A DNA stretch of 64,000 nucleotides from assembly GCF_022836475.1 (NCBI RefSeq), contig NZ_BQXH01000005.1, forward strand, positions 71,699 to 135,698, read 5' to 3'. Every line of letters starts with the position of its first letter. Positions within the stretch are counted from its first letter, which is position 1. Shown here one piece after another: positions 1 through 8,913 of this stretch. The position numbers and the translations under genes were made by a program. Below the pieces are notes generated by a model. The model ran no database searches, was not told where the DNA came from, and saw nothing but the letters and a program-made list of their open reading frames with translations. Source of the DNA: Ligilactobacillus pabuli (GTDB lineage: Bacteria > Bacillota > Bacilli > Lactobacillales > Lactobacillaceae).

Positions 1-707
1 AGATGCAAACCATGCGACTACCTCAGCAACATCAGCGGGTGTCCCCTCACGACCAAGTGGAATTTCTGCTAAACAACTTGCTTGTTGTGCAGGAACTGTT
101 TTGCCTTTAATCGCCGCGGTCTTTGCATCGATCGCATCCCGCATCTTAGTCCGAACGATGCCCGGATTATAAGCGTTAACCGTGATTTGGTCTGCTGCTA
201 GTTCCTTAGCGGCTGACTGAGTCAAACCACGAATCCCAAATTTGGAAGCAGAATAAGCGCTCTGCAAAGCCGAAGCCTCGTAGCCTGCCAAGGAAGCAGC
301 GTTGACGATTCGTCCACCATGACCCTGCTTTTTAAACTGTGTCGCAGCAGCTTGGATTCCCCAGTATGTTCCTTTGAGGTTCACATCTAACAAACGCTCG
401 ACATCATCTGGTGCAGAATCTACGAAACTATCAATAAACGCAATTCCGGCATTGTTAACGAATAATGCCAACTCGCCCAAATCAGTCACTGCTTTTTGCA
501 CAAGGTCAAAAACTTCTTGCCGCTGTGCAACATCAACATGATAAGCTCGAGCTTGATAGCCTTGAGCGGTCAAATCTGCAGCCACCTTTTGCGCAGTCTC
601 ATCATTAATATCTGCCACCGCAATGGCGTAATCATCTTTGACCAAACGACGAGCAATTCCCTCGCCAATTCCCTGACCAGCTCCTGTAACAATCGCAAGT
701 TTACTCA
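1..707 (-). CDS. Acetoin (diacetyl) reductase / 2,3-butanediol dehydrogenase, SDR family. 3' end truncated by the window edge; the N-terminus is complete.
   Basis: Minus-strand translation from ATG at 705-707 gives MSKLAIVTGAGQGIGEGIARRL..NNAG..YSASKFG.. with the SDR Rossmann and catalytic motifs. RBS AGAGAGGGG lies upstream. Confidence 0.75.
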
Positions 708-735
708 TATCTTTTCCCCTCTCTAATAAAATTGC

Positions 736-1209
736 TTAAATTACGTGGCGTTCAAATGGGTCATCACTGATTCCTGCGTCCAAAATATCTCGTGACCACT
801 GCTTAGCTGAAAACAAGGAGTGATCCCGGTAATTGCCACAACTATAAATATCAGTTCCTTGCACATCTTCCCAAGTCACTTGCTCAGCGATTTCTGTTAG
901 AGAACCTTTTAAAGCCTCGGCGACTTCTGTTGTAGAATGTTCACCCCAAGTGATCAGATGAAAGCCAGTCCGACAGCCAAATGGTGAACAATCAATGACA
1001 CCATCGAGCCGATCACGTAACAGACCAGCTAAGAGGTGTTCAATCGTGTGCAAACCGGCCGTAGGAATCGCATTTTCATTTGGTTGCACTAAGCGTAAAT
1101 CGTAGTTGCTGATAGAATCGCCTTTTTCTCCTTGCACCTCCGTGATCAAACGAACGTAGGGTGCCTTAACTTGTGTGTGATCCAATGTAAAACTTTCAAC
1201 TTTAGCCAT
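736..1209 (-). CDS. luxS: S-ribosylhomocysteine lyase LuxS
   Basis: 157 aa with the HTIEHL metal-binding motif; AAGGAG RBS. Confidence 0.9.
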   Translation of the reverse strand: MAKVESFTLDHTQVKAPYVRLITEVQGEKGDSISNYDLRLVQPNENAIPTAGLHTIEHLLAGLLRDRLDGVIDCSPFGCRTGFHLITWGEHSTTEVAEALKGSLTEIAEQVTWEDVQGTDIYSCGNYRDHSLFSAKQWSRDILDAGISDDPFERHVI

Positions 1210-1233
1210 GATTAATAATCTCCTTTTTTAACT

Positions 1234-2784
1234 TCAATTTTGGTTCCATAGTATTTTTTCTGAATGTACTTTTGAATCTCTTTTTGATGATACAATTTGA
1301 CCAATTTTTTTGTATTCCTGGTTGTCTTTATTCTTCGCCGCCGTTACCAAAATATTGACGTTAGCCTTCGTACTCTGATCCACTTTTTCATGGAAAATCG
1401 AGTCCTTCAAAACGTTCAAATCACCTTCCAAAGCAACCGTGTTAGAAATTAACACTGCATCAACATTGTTGATCACCCGCGGGCCCGTGGTATCATCAAT
1501 TTTTTTAAACTGTAATTTTTTAGGATTAGCAACAATATCATTAACCATCCCTAAGTTACCGAAGCCCTTTTTCAAGGTAATCAAGCCCGCCTTTTGCAGC
1601 AACAGTAAGCCACGAGTTGCTTGAGAAGGATTATTTGCAATCGCGACTGTTGCTCCAGTAGGAAGATCCACAATATTTTTGTATTTTTTGGAATAGATTC
1701 CCATTGGTTCTAAGTAAGTCGTTCCTAAAACTGCTAGTTTATTACCCTTATTTTGTTGATTATAAGCTTGGACATAAGATAAAGATTGGAAGGCATTCAC
1801 ATCCACGTTGCCCTGCGAGGTGGCTTGATTCAGCTGGACACCATCGGTAATTTGCTTGACCTTAATTTTCAAGCCGAGGTCTTTAGCTGACTGCGACTTA
1901 GCGATATATTTCCATGTTTCGTAATCGGTCCCCTGTGACCCAATGGTGATCGTCTTAGTTTGATCTGCTTGAGCAGCCTGAGTAGTCATCGTATGGATTC
2001 CGACAAAAATGAGACTGACTACCGCCAAAGAACCTGCTAACCACCAGAAACTCTGCTTCACCCCCTTTCCGCTTTTTTCTGTCCGAGCTGGATTTGTTGT
2101 TCTGCCTAATGGTCGGTGTTCAATGAGACCCACGCACCAGTCACCAATAATTTGAACGGCGAACACCAAGATCAAGATAATCAGCATCGCCACCAAGATC
2201 ACATCGTTTTGAAAGCGGGCATAGCCAATACTGATTGCAATGTCACCTAAGCCGCCAGAGCCGATCGCGCCAGCCATGGTAGTTAAGCCAATCAAGCTAA
2301 TGATTGTTACGATCGAAACGCGGACAATGTCGGCCAATCCTTCCCGCAAATAAATCCGAAAAATTATCGCAGCTGGACTAGAACCCATCGCCTGAGCCGC
2401 TTCAATCACACCATCGTCTACATCCAACAACGCGTTTTGCACCTGGCGCGCATAGAACGGAAAAATCCCACAGATCAACGGAACTAAAGAAGCCGTAGTT
2501 CCAACAGTCGTGCCAATTAAATACTGAGTTAACGGCGAGATGACCGCTAACAAAATAATAAATGGAATCGACCGTAAGAGATTAGTCACCTTGTCTAGGA
2601 GTGAATATGTGACCCGGTCTTCTAAGATCCCGCCTGGTTGGGTGATTACCAGAAAAATTCCTAAAAAGAGCCCCAAAAACGCTGAGATCACTGCCGACCC
2701 AAAGGTCATATACAAAGTCTCCCAGGTGGCTTGGATAAACTGTCCCTTCATTTGGAAAACATTTGGCAGCAACTTTTCTAGCAT
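1234..2784 (-). CDS. Methionine ABC transporter, fused permease (MetI-like, EAA loop) and C-terminal NlpA/MetQ-type substrate-binding domain
   Basis: 516-aa ORF. The N-terminal ~220 aa is a polytopic permease with an IEAAQAMGSSP EAA motif. A further TM segment follows, then an NlpA/MetQ-like lipoprotein domain. Confidence 0.8.
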   Translation of the reverse strand: MLEKLLPNVFQMKGQFIQATWETLYMTFGSAVISAFLGLFLGIFLVITQPGGILEDRVTYSLLDKVTNLLRSIPFIILLAVISPLTQYLIGTTVGTTASLVPLICGIFPFYARQVQNALLDVDDGVIEAAQAMGSSPAAIIFRIYLREGLADIVRVSIVTIISLIGLTTMAGAIGSGGLGDIAISIGYARFQNDVILVAMLIILILVFAVQIIGDWCVGLIEHRPLGRTTNPARTEKSGKGVKQSFWWLAGSLAVVSLIFVGIHTMTTQAAQADQTKTITIGSQGTDYETWKYIAKSQSAKDLGLKIKVKQITDGVQLNQATSQGNVDVNAFQSLSYVQAYNQQNKGNKLAVLGTTYLEPMGIYSKKYKNIVDLPTGATVAIANNPSQATRGLLLLQKAGLITLKKGFGNLGMVNDIVANPKKLQFKKIDDTTGPRVINNVDAVLISNTVALEGDLNVLKDSIFHEKVDQSTKANVNILVTAAKNKDNQEYKKIGQIVSSKRDSKVHSEKILWNQN

Positions 2785-3860
2785 GATGCTTCCCCCTCTC
2801 TGACTGTTCTTCCACTTAGTATCTGGGTCTTAACTCCTTGCGAGCGTAAATCTTCAAGTGCCTGGTTAAACGGCGGCAAATCTCCTGCTATGATTGCGAT
2901 CATATAGCCAACACTTTCTCCGTCAATTTCATCAATATTGGCAAACAAGATATTTTCAGACACGTGGTAAGTCTGCGACAATTCCGAGAGAATGCTTTGT
3001 TTAGTTGCATTTCCAATGAAATTAAAGTAAACCAATTCTTGATTTGCTGGCAATTCATCCAGCTTGACCGTTTTAGTCACTCTCTCAATGGCCGCCTTAA
3101 CATTCGTGGAAGTCTCCACAAAATCAGTCGTCAATTTTTCTTGCGGCGCAGTGAAAATTTGACTAACTGGTCCGCGTTCGATCACCCGTCCCTCATCCAT
3201 CACCGCCACATTATGGCAAATTGACTTGATCACCTGCATTTCATGCGTGATCAAAACGATCGTTAATCCCAACTCTTCGTTGAGCTTTTTTAGCAGTTCT
3301 AAAATTGACTGAGTAGTTTTAGGATCCAAAGCACTAGTAGCTTCGTCAGAAATCAAAACTTCCGGTTCAGTCGCTAAGGCTCTGGCAATTGCGACTCGCT
3401 GCTTTTACCCACCTGACAGTCTTTCTGGAAAAGTATTTGCGTATTCTTCTAGTCCGACCCGTTGTAACAGGCTGAAAGCTCGTTTTCGCCTGTCTTGTTG
3501 ACTAATTTTCTTGCCCAAGAGCGGATATTCAACGTTACCCAACACGGTGCGCGATTTCATTAAATTAAAATGCTGGAAGATCATCCCAATTTGCTGACGA
3601 GCGTGCCGCAGCTGAGGTGCTGTTAAAGTCCGTAAATCCTGACCACCCACGAACACTTGCCCTGCGCTGGGTTGTTGCAAGAGATTGATCACCCGGACCA
3701 AGGTACTTTTTCCAGCTCCTGAGTAGCCAATTATCCCGTAGATATCACCTTGCTTAATTTGCAAATTCACATCGTCTACTGCTCTAAGCTCCTGCCCGCT
3801 ATTTTTGAATGTGACCCTGACATTTTGTAAATCAATCACGTTGCTAGTCTCTGCTACCAT
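2778..3860 (-). pseudogene. metN: Methionine ABC transporter ATPase MetN interrupted by an in-frame TAA (CAA to TAA) at the Gln of the LSGGQ signature
   Basis: Track ORFs 3405..3860 (Walker A GYSGAGKST, ends ..ERLSGG) and 2778..3356 (continues KQRVAIARAL.., Walker B, C-terminal MetN NIL domain) are in the same frame. The only break is TAA at 3405-3407, giving LSGG*KQR. Confidence 0.75.
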
Positions 3861-3866
3861 TCAGTT

Positions 3867-4340
3867 TCACTCCCCAATCTCTGCTTTTTCACCGAAGATC
3901 AGCGGGCCAATTTCTGCCAAATATTTGGCATCCACTTTGTCAAAAGTGTTGTATTCTGGGCTGTCTAAATCAAGCACTCCCCAGAACTGCTGATTTTTAA
4001 AGATTGGCACCACCACTTCAGACTTAGATGCGCTATCACAGGCGATATGTCCTTGAAACTCATGAACATTTGAGACAATTTCTGCTTTTTTAGTAGCTGC
4101 AACCGTTCCGCAGACGCCTTTGCCCACCGCAATATGCATGCAAGCTGGCTTGCCTTGAAACGGACCCAGTAGCAGTTCGCCATCTATCAGGCGATAAAAG
4201 GTCGTCCCGTTTAGTCGTGGCAACTCATTAAACACCAATGACACCAGATTACTCATGTTCGCAACCAGATCAGATTCATTTTTCAATAATGCTTGCGCCT
4301 GTTGTTTTAACAGTTCATATCGTGCTGCTTTTTCACTCAT
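3867..4340 (-). CDS. GAF-domain protein, free methionine-(R)-sulfoxide reductase (fRMsr/YtsP-like)
   Basis: 157 aa GAF fold with conserved Cys residues; AAAGGAG RBS. It is the first gene after the T-box leader, 6 nt upstream of metN. Confidence 0.75.
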   Translation of the reverse strand: MSEKAARYELLKQQAQALLKNESDLVANMSNLVSLVFNELPRLNGTTFYRLIDGELLLGPFQGKPACMHIAVGKGVCGTVAATKKAEIVSNVHEFQGHIACDSASKSEVVVPIFKNQQFWGVLDLDSPEYNTFDKVDAKYLAEIGPLIFGEKAEIGE

Positions 4341-4375
4341 TTAAAGTCACTCCTTTCTAACTAAATTGTAATGAA

Positions 4376-4707
4376 ACACAAAAAAGCATTCCCATCCCCA
4401 TCTATTTCTAGACCAGGACGAAAATGCTTTTCGTGTTACCACCTTAGTTTGACTGCCCCTCACGGAACACTCCTCATCGGGTACGACAAACTAAAGCTGT
4501 GCTTAAAATCAGTACTTACTTATGTGTGCATACCTTAACGCTGTAGCGGGCGTCCCCGGCAACACCTAGCCTGAGCTCAGTGTTGCAACGAATCATAAAG
4601 ACCATCTTCACCCAGTTTCCATCGTTGTCTTCCACCATGATTGACAACTCTCTTGAGATCTCCGCTGAGTTACTCATCTTCTCGTTTATTTTTCATTTAA
4701 ATTTAAT
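4376..4707 (-). ncRNA. T-box riboswitch leader (probably Met-specific) of the fRMsr-metN-metIQ operon, with intrinsic terminator
   Basis: Minus-strand promoter TTGACA-17-CATAAT (4715-4742). A stem-I region with AGAGA follows. The T-box sequence AACTAAGGTGGTAACACG maps to 4428-4450. The terminator is AAGCATT..AATGCTTTTTT at 4384-4430, directly upstream of the fRMsr RBS. Confidence 0.65.
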
Positions 4708-4767
4708 GTAGTTATTATGCAACTAAAACAAATAGCTGTCAACCATTAAGTTTAATTTTTTATTTAC

Positions 4768-4826
4768 GTAAAAAAACTGGCCTCACTAATTTGACAGTTA
4801 TTGCCAAATCTGTGAGACCAGCCAGT
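4768..4826 (-). terminator. Rho-independent terminator downstream of csbD
   Basis: Minus-strand hairpin ACTGGCTGGTCTCAC..GTGAGGCCAGT followed by TTTTTTT. Confidence 0.55.
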
Positions 4827-4834
4827 TACATTAC

Positions 4835-5041
4835 TTAGTCTTCGTCTTTGTCGGTGCCTTTTTTCAAACCTTCAACGGCACCTTTCGCCGTATCCTTAGC
4901 GTCATCGAGTTTCTCTTTAGCTGCGTTTACTGCGCCTTCAGTTTTACCTTCAGCCTCAGTCTTCTTGTCACCTGTAACCTTACCTAGGGCTTCTTTACCC
5001 TTGCTTTTTGCCTGATCCAATTTATCATCAAAGTTGCTCAT
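4835..5041 (-). CDS. CsbD-family general stress protein
   Basis: 68 aa, lysine-rich, KGK..GK..AKG repeats typical of CsbD; AAGGAG RBS before ATG at 5041. Confidence 0.7.
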   Translation of the reverse strand: MSNFDDKLDQAKSKGKEALGKVTGDKKTEAEGKTEGAVNAAKEKLDDAKDTAKGAVEGLKKGTDKDED

Positions 5042-5134
5042 TATCCAACACTCCTTCAAATTAGATTTGCTATACGTCAGCACCATTATTATAATTGCTG
5101 GCTAACTAAAACACCATTTAAATGCTCACTGAGC

Positions 5135-5452
5135 CTACCAATAAGCTGGAATATCCCGACCATTAGACTGCCAGATCTCCCCTTGAAAGCCGGTAAACCG
5201 CAACGTAAAGTTGACTCGCCGGTGAAGCTCCGTCACGATTTCTTCAAAATAAACCCAGTCATACTCTTGAATCACACGGATCGGGACCGAATGCGTGTTT
5301 TCTTGCCCACGTTTGTAGAGAAAAAAGAAGTTAAAATGGCGGTCAAACTTATCATTCACGATCTGGATCTGATAGCGAGCCCTGATATGGGGTTTGAAGT
5401 GTTGGTTGATCCGTTGTTCCATCACATCCACCTGTTGGTGCGCTGTCTGCAT
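5135..5452 (-). CDS. Hypothetical protein (about 105 aa)
   Basis: ORF with GAGGTGG RBS before ATG at 5452; no recognisable motif. The overlapping plus-strand ORF 5183..5611 lacks an RBS. Confidence 0.45.
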   Translation of the reverse strand: MQTAHQQVDVMEQRINQHFKPHIRARYQIQIVNDKFDRHFNFFFLYKRGQENTHSVPIRVIQEYDWVYFEEIVTELHRRVNFTLRFTGFQGEIWQSNGRDIPAYW

Positions 5453-5611
5453 TTTTACCACCTCTGCTCTCATTATACGAACATCTGTTTGATTAGTAAA
5501 GAAATTTCCGCAACGAGGACCAAACTGCACCCATTTAGCCTGAAATCATTAATCTTTTTCACCAACTATGGTATGGTAAAAGTAAGCATGAAATTAAAGG
5601 AGGACCAGTAA

Positions 5612-6004
5612 ATGGCCGGAGACGATTTAAATGACCGTTTGACTGAAAGCCTGTATGGCACACCCAAAGTCAAGCCGGACGAACAACGCAAATATCTGGG
5701 TACGTTTCGTGAGCGCGTCGCTTTGACGCTCGATCAAGGCGAGGCTCAGCAGCCGCAATTCATCGACGTTTTGCACAAGGAGCTCGACCAGCATCCCGAA
5801 TACCAGTTACGGATTAATGGTAATGCCTCGGAAACGGCGCTCGACAACTTGACTGACCTGTCAAATATGGTCGCCAACCACTCGACAGTGCTCGCCGGGA
5901 AAGCTGCCCCAGACGACATAGACGCTCTCGCAGCAGTCGTTTGCACGGTAGACACGGCTTTGCATCTGGATGAAGTCGACGTTGCCAAACGTTTTCCAAA
6001 ATAA
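5612..6004 (+). CDS. YueI-like protein (DUF1694)
   Basis: 130 aa; AAAGGAGG RBS; resembles the YueI family. Confidence 0.6.
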   Translation: MAGDDLNDRLTESLYGTPKVKPDEQRKYLGTFRERVALTLDQGEAQQPQFIDVLHKELDQHPEYQLRINGNASETALDNLTDLSNMVANHSTVLAGKAAPDDIDALAAVVCTVDTALHLDEVDVAKRFPK

Positions 6005-6012
6005 ATAGTAAA

Positions 6013-6076
6013 AGCGCCCCCCGCTGGCGGACCCTTCTCCAAAATTACTGGATGGGGCCACTGGTGGGAGGCGCTT
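6013..6076 (+). terminator. Rho-independent terminator
   Basis: AAAGCGCCCCCC..GGGAGGCGCTTTTTT. Confidence 0.6.
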
Positions 6077-6096
6077 TTTTAGTGAAATAGCGAGAA

Positions 6097-6330
6097 ATTA
6101 CATTCAACTTAGCACTGTACACGTTACTTTACCGGACTTATGTCTACAGAAACTGCTGTACACGTTACTTTTCCAATCTTATGTCTACAGAAGCTGCTGT
6201 ACACGTTACTTTCGCATTCTTATGTCTACAGAAGTTGCTGTACACGTTACTTTTCCAATCTTATGTCTACAGAAGTTGCTGTAAACGTTACTTTCGTATT
6301 CTTATGTCTACAGAAGTATGTCTCAACAAA
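6097..6330. repeat. Tandem array, 41-bp unit, about 5.5 copies (family B, orientation 1)
   Basis: ATGTCTACAG recurs at 6140, 6181, 6222, 6263 and 6304. Unit is ATGTCTACAGAAGCTGCTGTACACGTTACTTTTCCAATCTT. Confidence 0.9.
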
Positions 6331-6331
6331 A

Positions 6332-7315
6332 TCATTGCCGTTCCCAGTTAATTCGCTGTTGAATTTTGCGAAAATAATCAGATTTATCTGCAAACCAGTA
6401 TTGGAATCTAATACCTTTGTTGATATAAGCAAAATTTCTTGCTCTTCTTTTTCCCTTTGAAACAAAGTGCTTACTTAATACGAATGTTAAATACCGCTCG
6501 CTATATCCTTCCCCGAAAAACTCGCATAAGTCCCGCCGGCGAAGGTCTCGCTTGAAAAACAGCACACCATAGTCACAAATTGTCCGAACATAGGCGTGTT
6601 CCTTCGCTTCACTCGTGCCGCAATGTTGACACGTCACCGCATACCGCCCCTGGCTCATGGCAAATTGGCCGCAGTGAACGCACCGAATTCCATGGCGGTA
6701 GTGGCGTCGCGGCGTGTCCCCTAAATCTTGCCGTGGTCGATAGCCGGGCACCTCATAATGGCGCACTGCTTGCTTCCATGGAGGTGTCACCATCGCAAAC
6801 TTCTCCTGGTTCAGTGACACTAGCCAAGCATAAGCGTCCGCCGCTGACTTAATTTCAATGTGCGCCGGCGGATCCGTCAAATCCAGCTGAACCCGCGGAT
6901 CCATAAATACCAAAACACTCTTGACCTGCAGCTTAACATGCTGGTCACTCAAACAACGGGCCAGCAAATCTTGGGCGCGCGTGAGCTGTTCAAAAATATT
7001 GTGTGCCAAGACCCGGCCATTGTAATACCAGCAACCTGCCTGGTAACTGTACGCCCCGTTATAATTTTTGACATCAATCACATACAGGTCCGAACCGTGC
7101 ACGAACAATTTGTCCATTTGACAGCGACTTCCTTGATAGCTTAAGTTCACATCATCCAAACAATCAGTAAGCAACTCAGCACTCCAGCGATCAAAGGTGC
7201 ACTCTCCTTGGTAACCAGCTTGGGCCCGCTGAAATTTTGCTTGTTCCGTCGTCGTTAATTGGACTCGTTCCTGCAGAACCTGTAAATATTGAGTTTCTAA
7301 AGCTTCTTTTCTCAT
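6332..7315 (-). CDS. NERD (nuclease-related domain) protein
   Basis: 327 aa with a NERD-like N-terminal region and Cys-rich CxxC..CxxC segments. Confidence 0.65.
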   Translation of the reverse strand: MRKEALETQYLQVLQERVQLTTTEQAKFQRAQAGYQGECTFDRWSAELLTDCLDDVNLSYQGSRCQMDKLFVHGSDLYVIDVKNYNGAYSYQAGCWYYNGRVLAHNIFEQLTRAQDLLARCLSDQHVKLQVKSVLVFMDPRVQLDLTDPPAHIEIKSAADAYAWLVSLNQEKFAMVTPPWKQAVRHYEVPGYRPRQDLGDTPRRHYRHGIRCVHCGQFAMSQGRYAVTCQHCGTSEAKEHAYVRTICDYGVLFFKRDLRRRDLCEFFGEGYSERYLTFVLSKHFVSKGKRRARNFAYINKGIRFQYWFADKSDYFRKIQQRINWERQ

Positions 7316-7350
7316 TATGTTATGTGTACCTCCTACTAGAAGATACGCAA

Positions 7351-8523
7351 TTAATTGGAATTTTGGTTATTTTTTGCCAAATGTTTGATCTCAGCCCGCA
7401 AAATAAATGGTGCCATCAACGTGGTGACCACTATTGCGCCGATCACCGCTGAATAATTATCGGTCGATAACAAATGCGCGTTGAATCCCATTTGTGCAAT
7501 GATCAACGCCATTTCTCCCCGCGAGATCATTCCGGCGCCAATCATGCTCGAACTGTTCAAGTTAAACTTAGCAACACCAGCTCCCAGCGCGGATCCGCCC
7601 CATTTAGTCAACGTCCCGACAATTGTCAGCACGGCAAATAAACCAAAGTCCTCCACTAGACCCGTCATGGTCATGTTTAAACCAACACTTACAAAGAAGA
7701 CTGGGATAAAGATGGCGTAACCGACAGGCTCGATCTCACGATCAACTTTTTGCCGAAAGTCAGTTTGACCCACGGCAAGTCCAGCAAAAAATGCACCGAT
7801 CGCGCTGCTTAATCCCACGGATTCTGCCAAATAAGCGGCACCCAGGCACAAAATTAGTGCCATCACTGTTTCAGCAACTGGAATCAGCCACCGTTCACCC
7901 AACCGCATTAAATGTGGTACACCCCAGCGGCTAACTACAAATAAGACGATAAAAAAAGCAACCTGTAATAATAAACTCATCCATAACGGCCGGGCATTGC
8001 CAGCCGCAATCTTATTGCCAGCAAAACTGACCAAGACACTCAAGACAATGATCGACAACACATCATCGACCACTGCAGCACCTAAAATCGTGGTACCTTC
8101 TGGCGTATCTAGCTGGCGCATATTCTTTAAGACCTCGACCGAGATCGAGACTGAAGTCGCCGCAAAGATCACACCTAAAAACATATTTTCCAAATGGTTC
8201 AAGCCAAAAGACTGCCCCACTAAATAGGCTCCGACAATCGGAAAAATCATACCTGCCACCGCAACTAATAAGCTGGGTTTTAAATATTTTTTAAGCAGAC
8301 GCAAATCACTTTCCAGTCCGCCAATAAACATTAAGATCACCACTCCAAGTTCTGAAAAGATTTCTACCAGTGACCCGGGCTTGACCCAATTTAACATGGC
8401 CGGGCCTAAAACGACCCCCACCAATAGTTGACCAATCACCGGTGGAAAATTAAGCCGAGCACTGAAATGCCCCGCTACCGCCGTTGCTAACAAAATTAAC
8501 GCTAATGTTCCAATCTCTGCCAT
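7351..8523 (-). CDS. Monovalent cation:proton antiporter (CPA family, NapA/KefB-like)
   Basis: 390 aa polytopic membrane protein with a Na+/H+ exchanger fold. Confidence 0.8.
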   Translation of the reverse strand: MAEIGTLALILLATAVAGHFSARLNFPPVIGQLLVGVVLGPAMLNWVKPGSLVEIFSELGVVILMFIGGLESDLRLLKKYLKPSLLVAVAGMIFPIVGAYLVGQSFGLNHLENMFLGVIFAATSVSISVEVLKNMRQLDTPEGTTILGAAVVDDVLSIIVLSVLVSFAGNKIAAGNARPLWMSLLLQVAFFIVLFVVSRWGVPHLMRLGERWLIPVAETVMALILCLGAAYLAESVGLSSAIGAFFAGLAVGQTDFRQKVDREIEPVGYAIFIPVFFVSVGLNMTMTGLVEDFGLFAVLTIVGTLTKWGGSALGAGVAKFNLNSSSMIGAGMISRGEMALIIAQMGFNAHLLSTDNYSAVIGAIVVTTLMAPFILRAEIKHLAKNNQNSN

Positions 8524-8779
8524 TTTAATTTAAACTCTCCCTTGCAAACTACAAAAAAAGCCCGACTTCAAGCTGTCCTAGCAACCCAAACGAGGACAAA
8601 TTCTTGAAAGCCGGAGCTCCAACCAGTTTTTATATTAAAAGTATTTTAACATTATTTACTCAAACTCTCAACTCTCAATGTCTTACATTGCGCGGTCTAA
8701 ACACGAATTTCTGAATCACAAAGCTACCATATTAAATAACAAAAATCAAACATTCTTAACAAAGAAAGCGTTTCAACCC

Positions 8780-8808
8780 TTGACGTTAGTGCAAAAGTTA
8801 AGTACAAT
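8780..8808 (+). promoter_or_regulatory. Sigma-A type promoter of dld
   Basis: TTGACG (8780-8785), 17 nt, TACAAT (8803-8808). Confidence 0.5.
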
Positions 8809-8913
8809 TGACTGTTGTACTACATATTTACTAACTAACTTACAAAAAGAGTACGATTGATAGTGCAGGGATTTAAACGCTTACTTTAAGTGTTACAGAG
8901 AGGAGAAATTAAC

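Noticed and set aside
5183-5611. Plus-strand 142-aa ORF
   Set aside because: Overlaps a minus-strand ORF that has a proper RBS. No RBS of its own. Odd composition.
6097-6330. CRISPR array
   Set aside because: Units are directly adjacent at an exact 41-bp period with no intervening unique spacers, and no cas genes are nearby.
6140-6460. 106-aa ORF across the 41-bp tandem array
   Set aside because: Same reason: a repeat-generated frame with no RBS.
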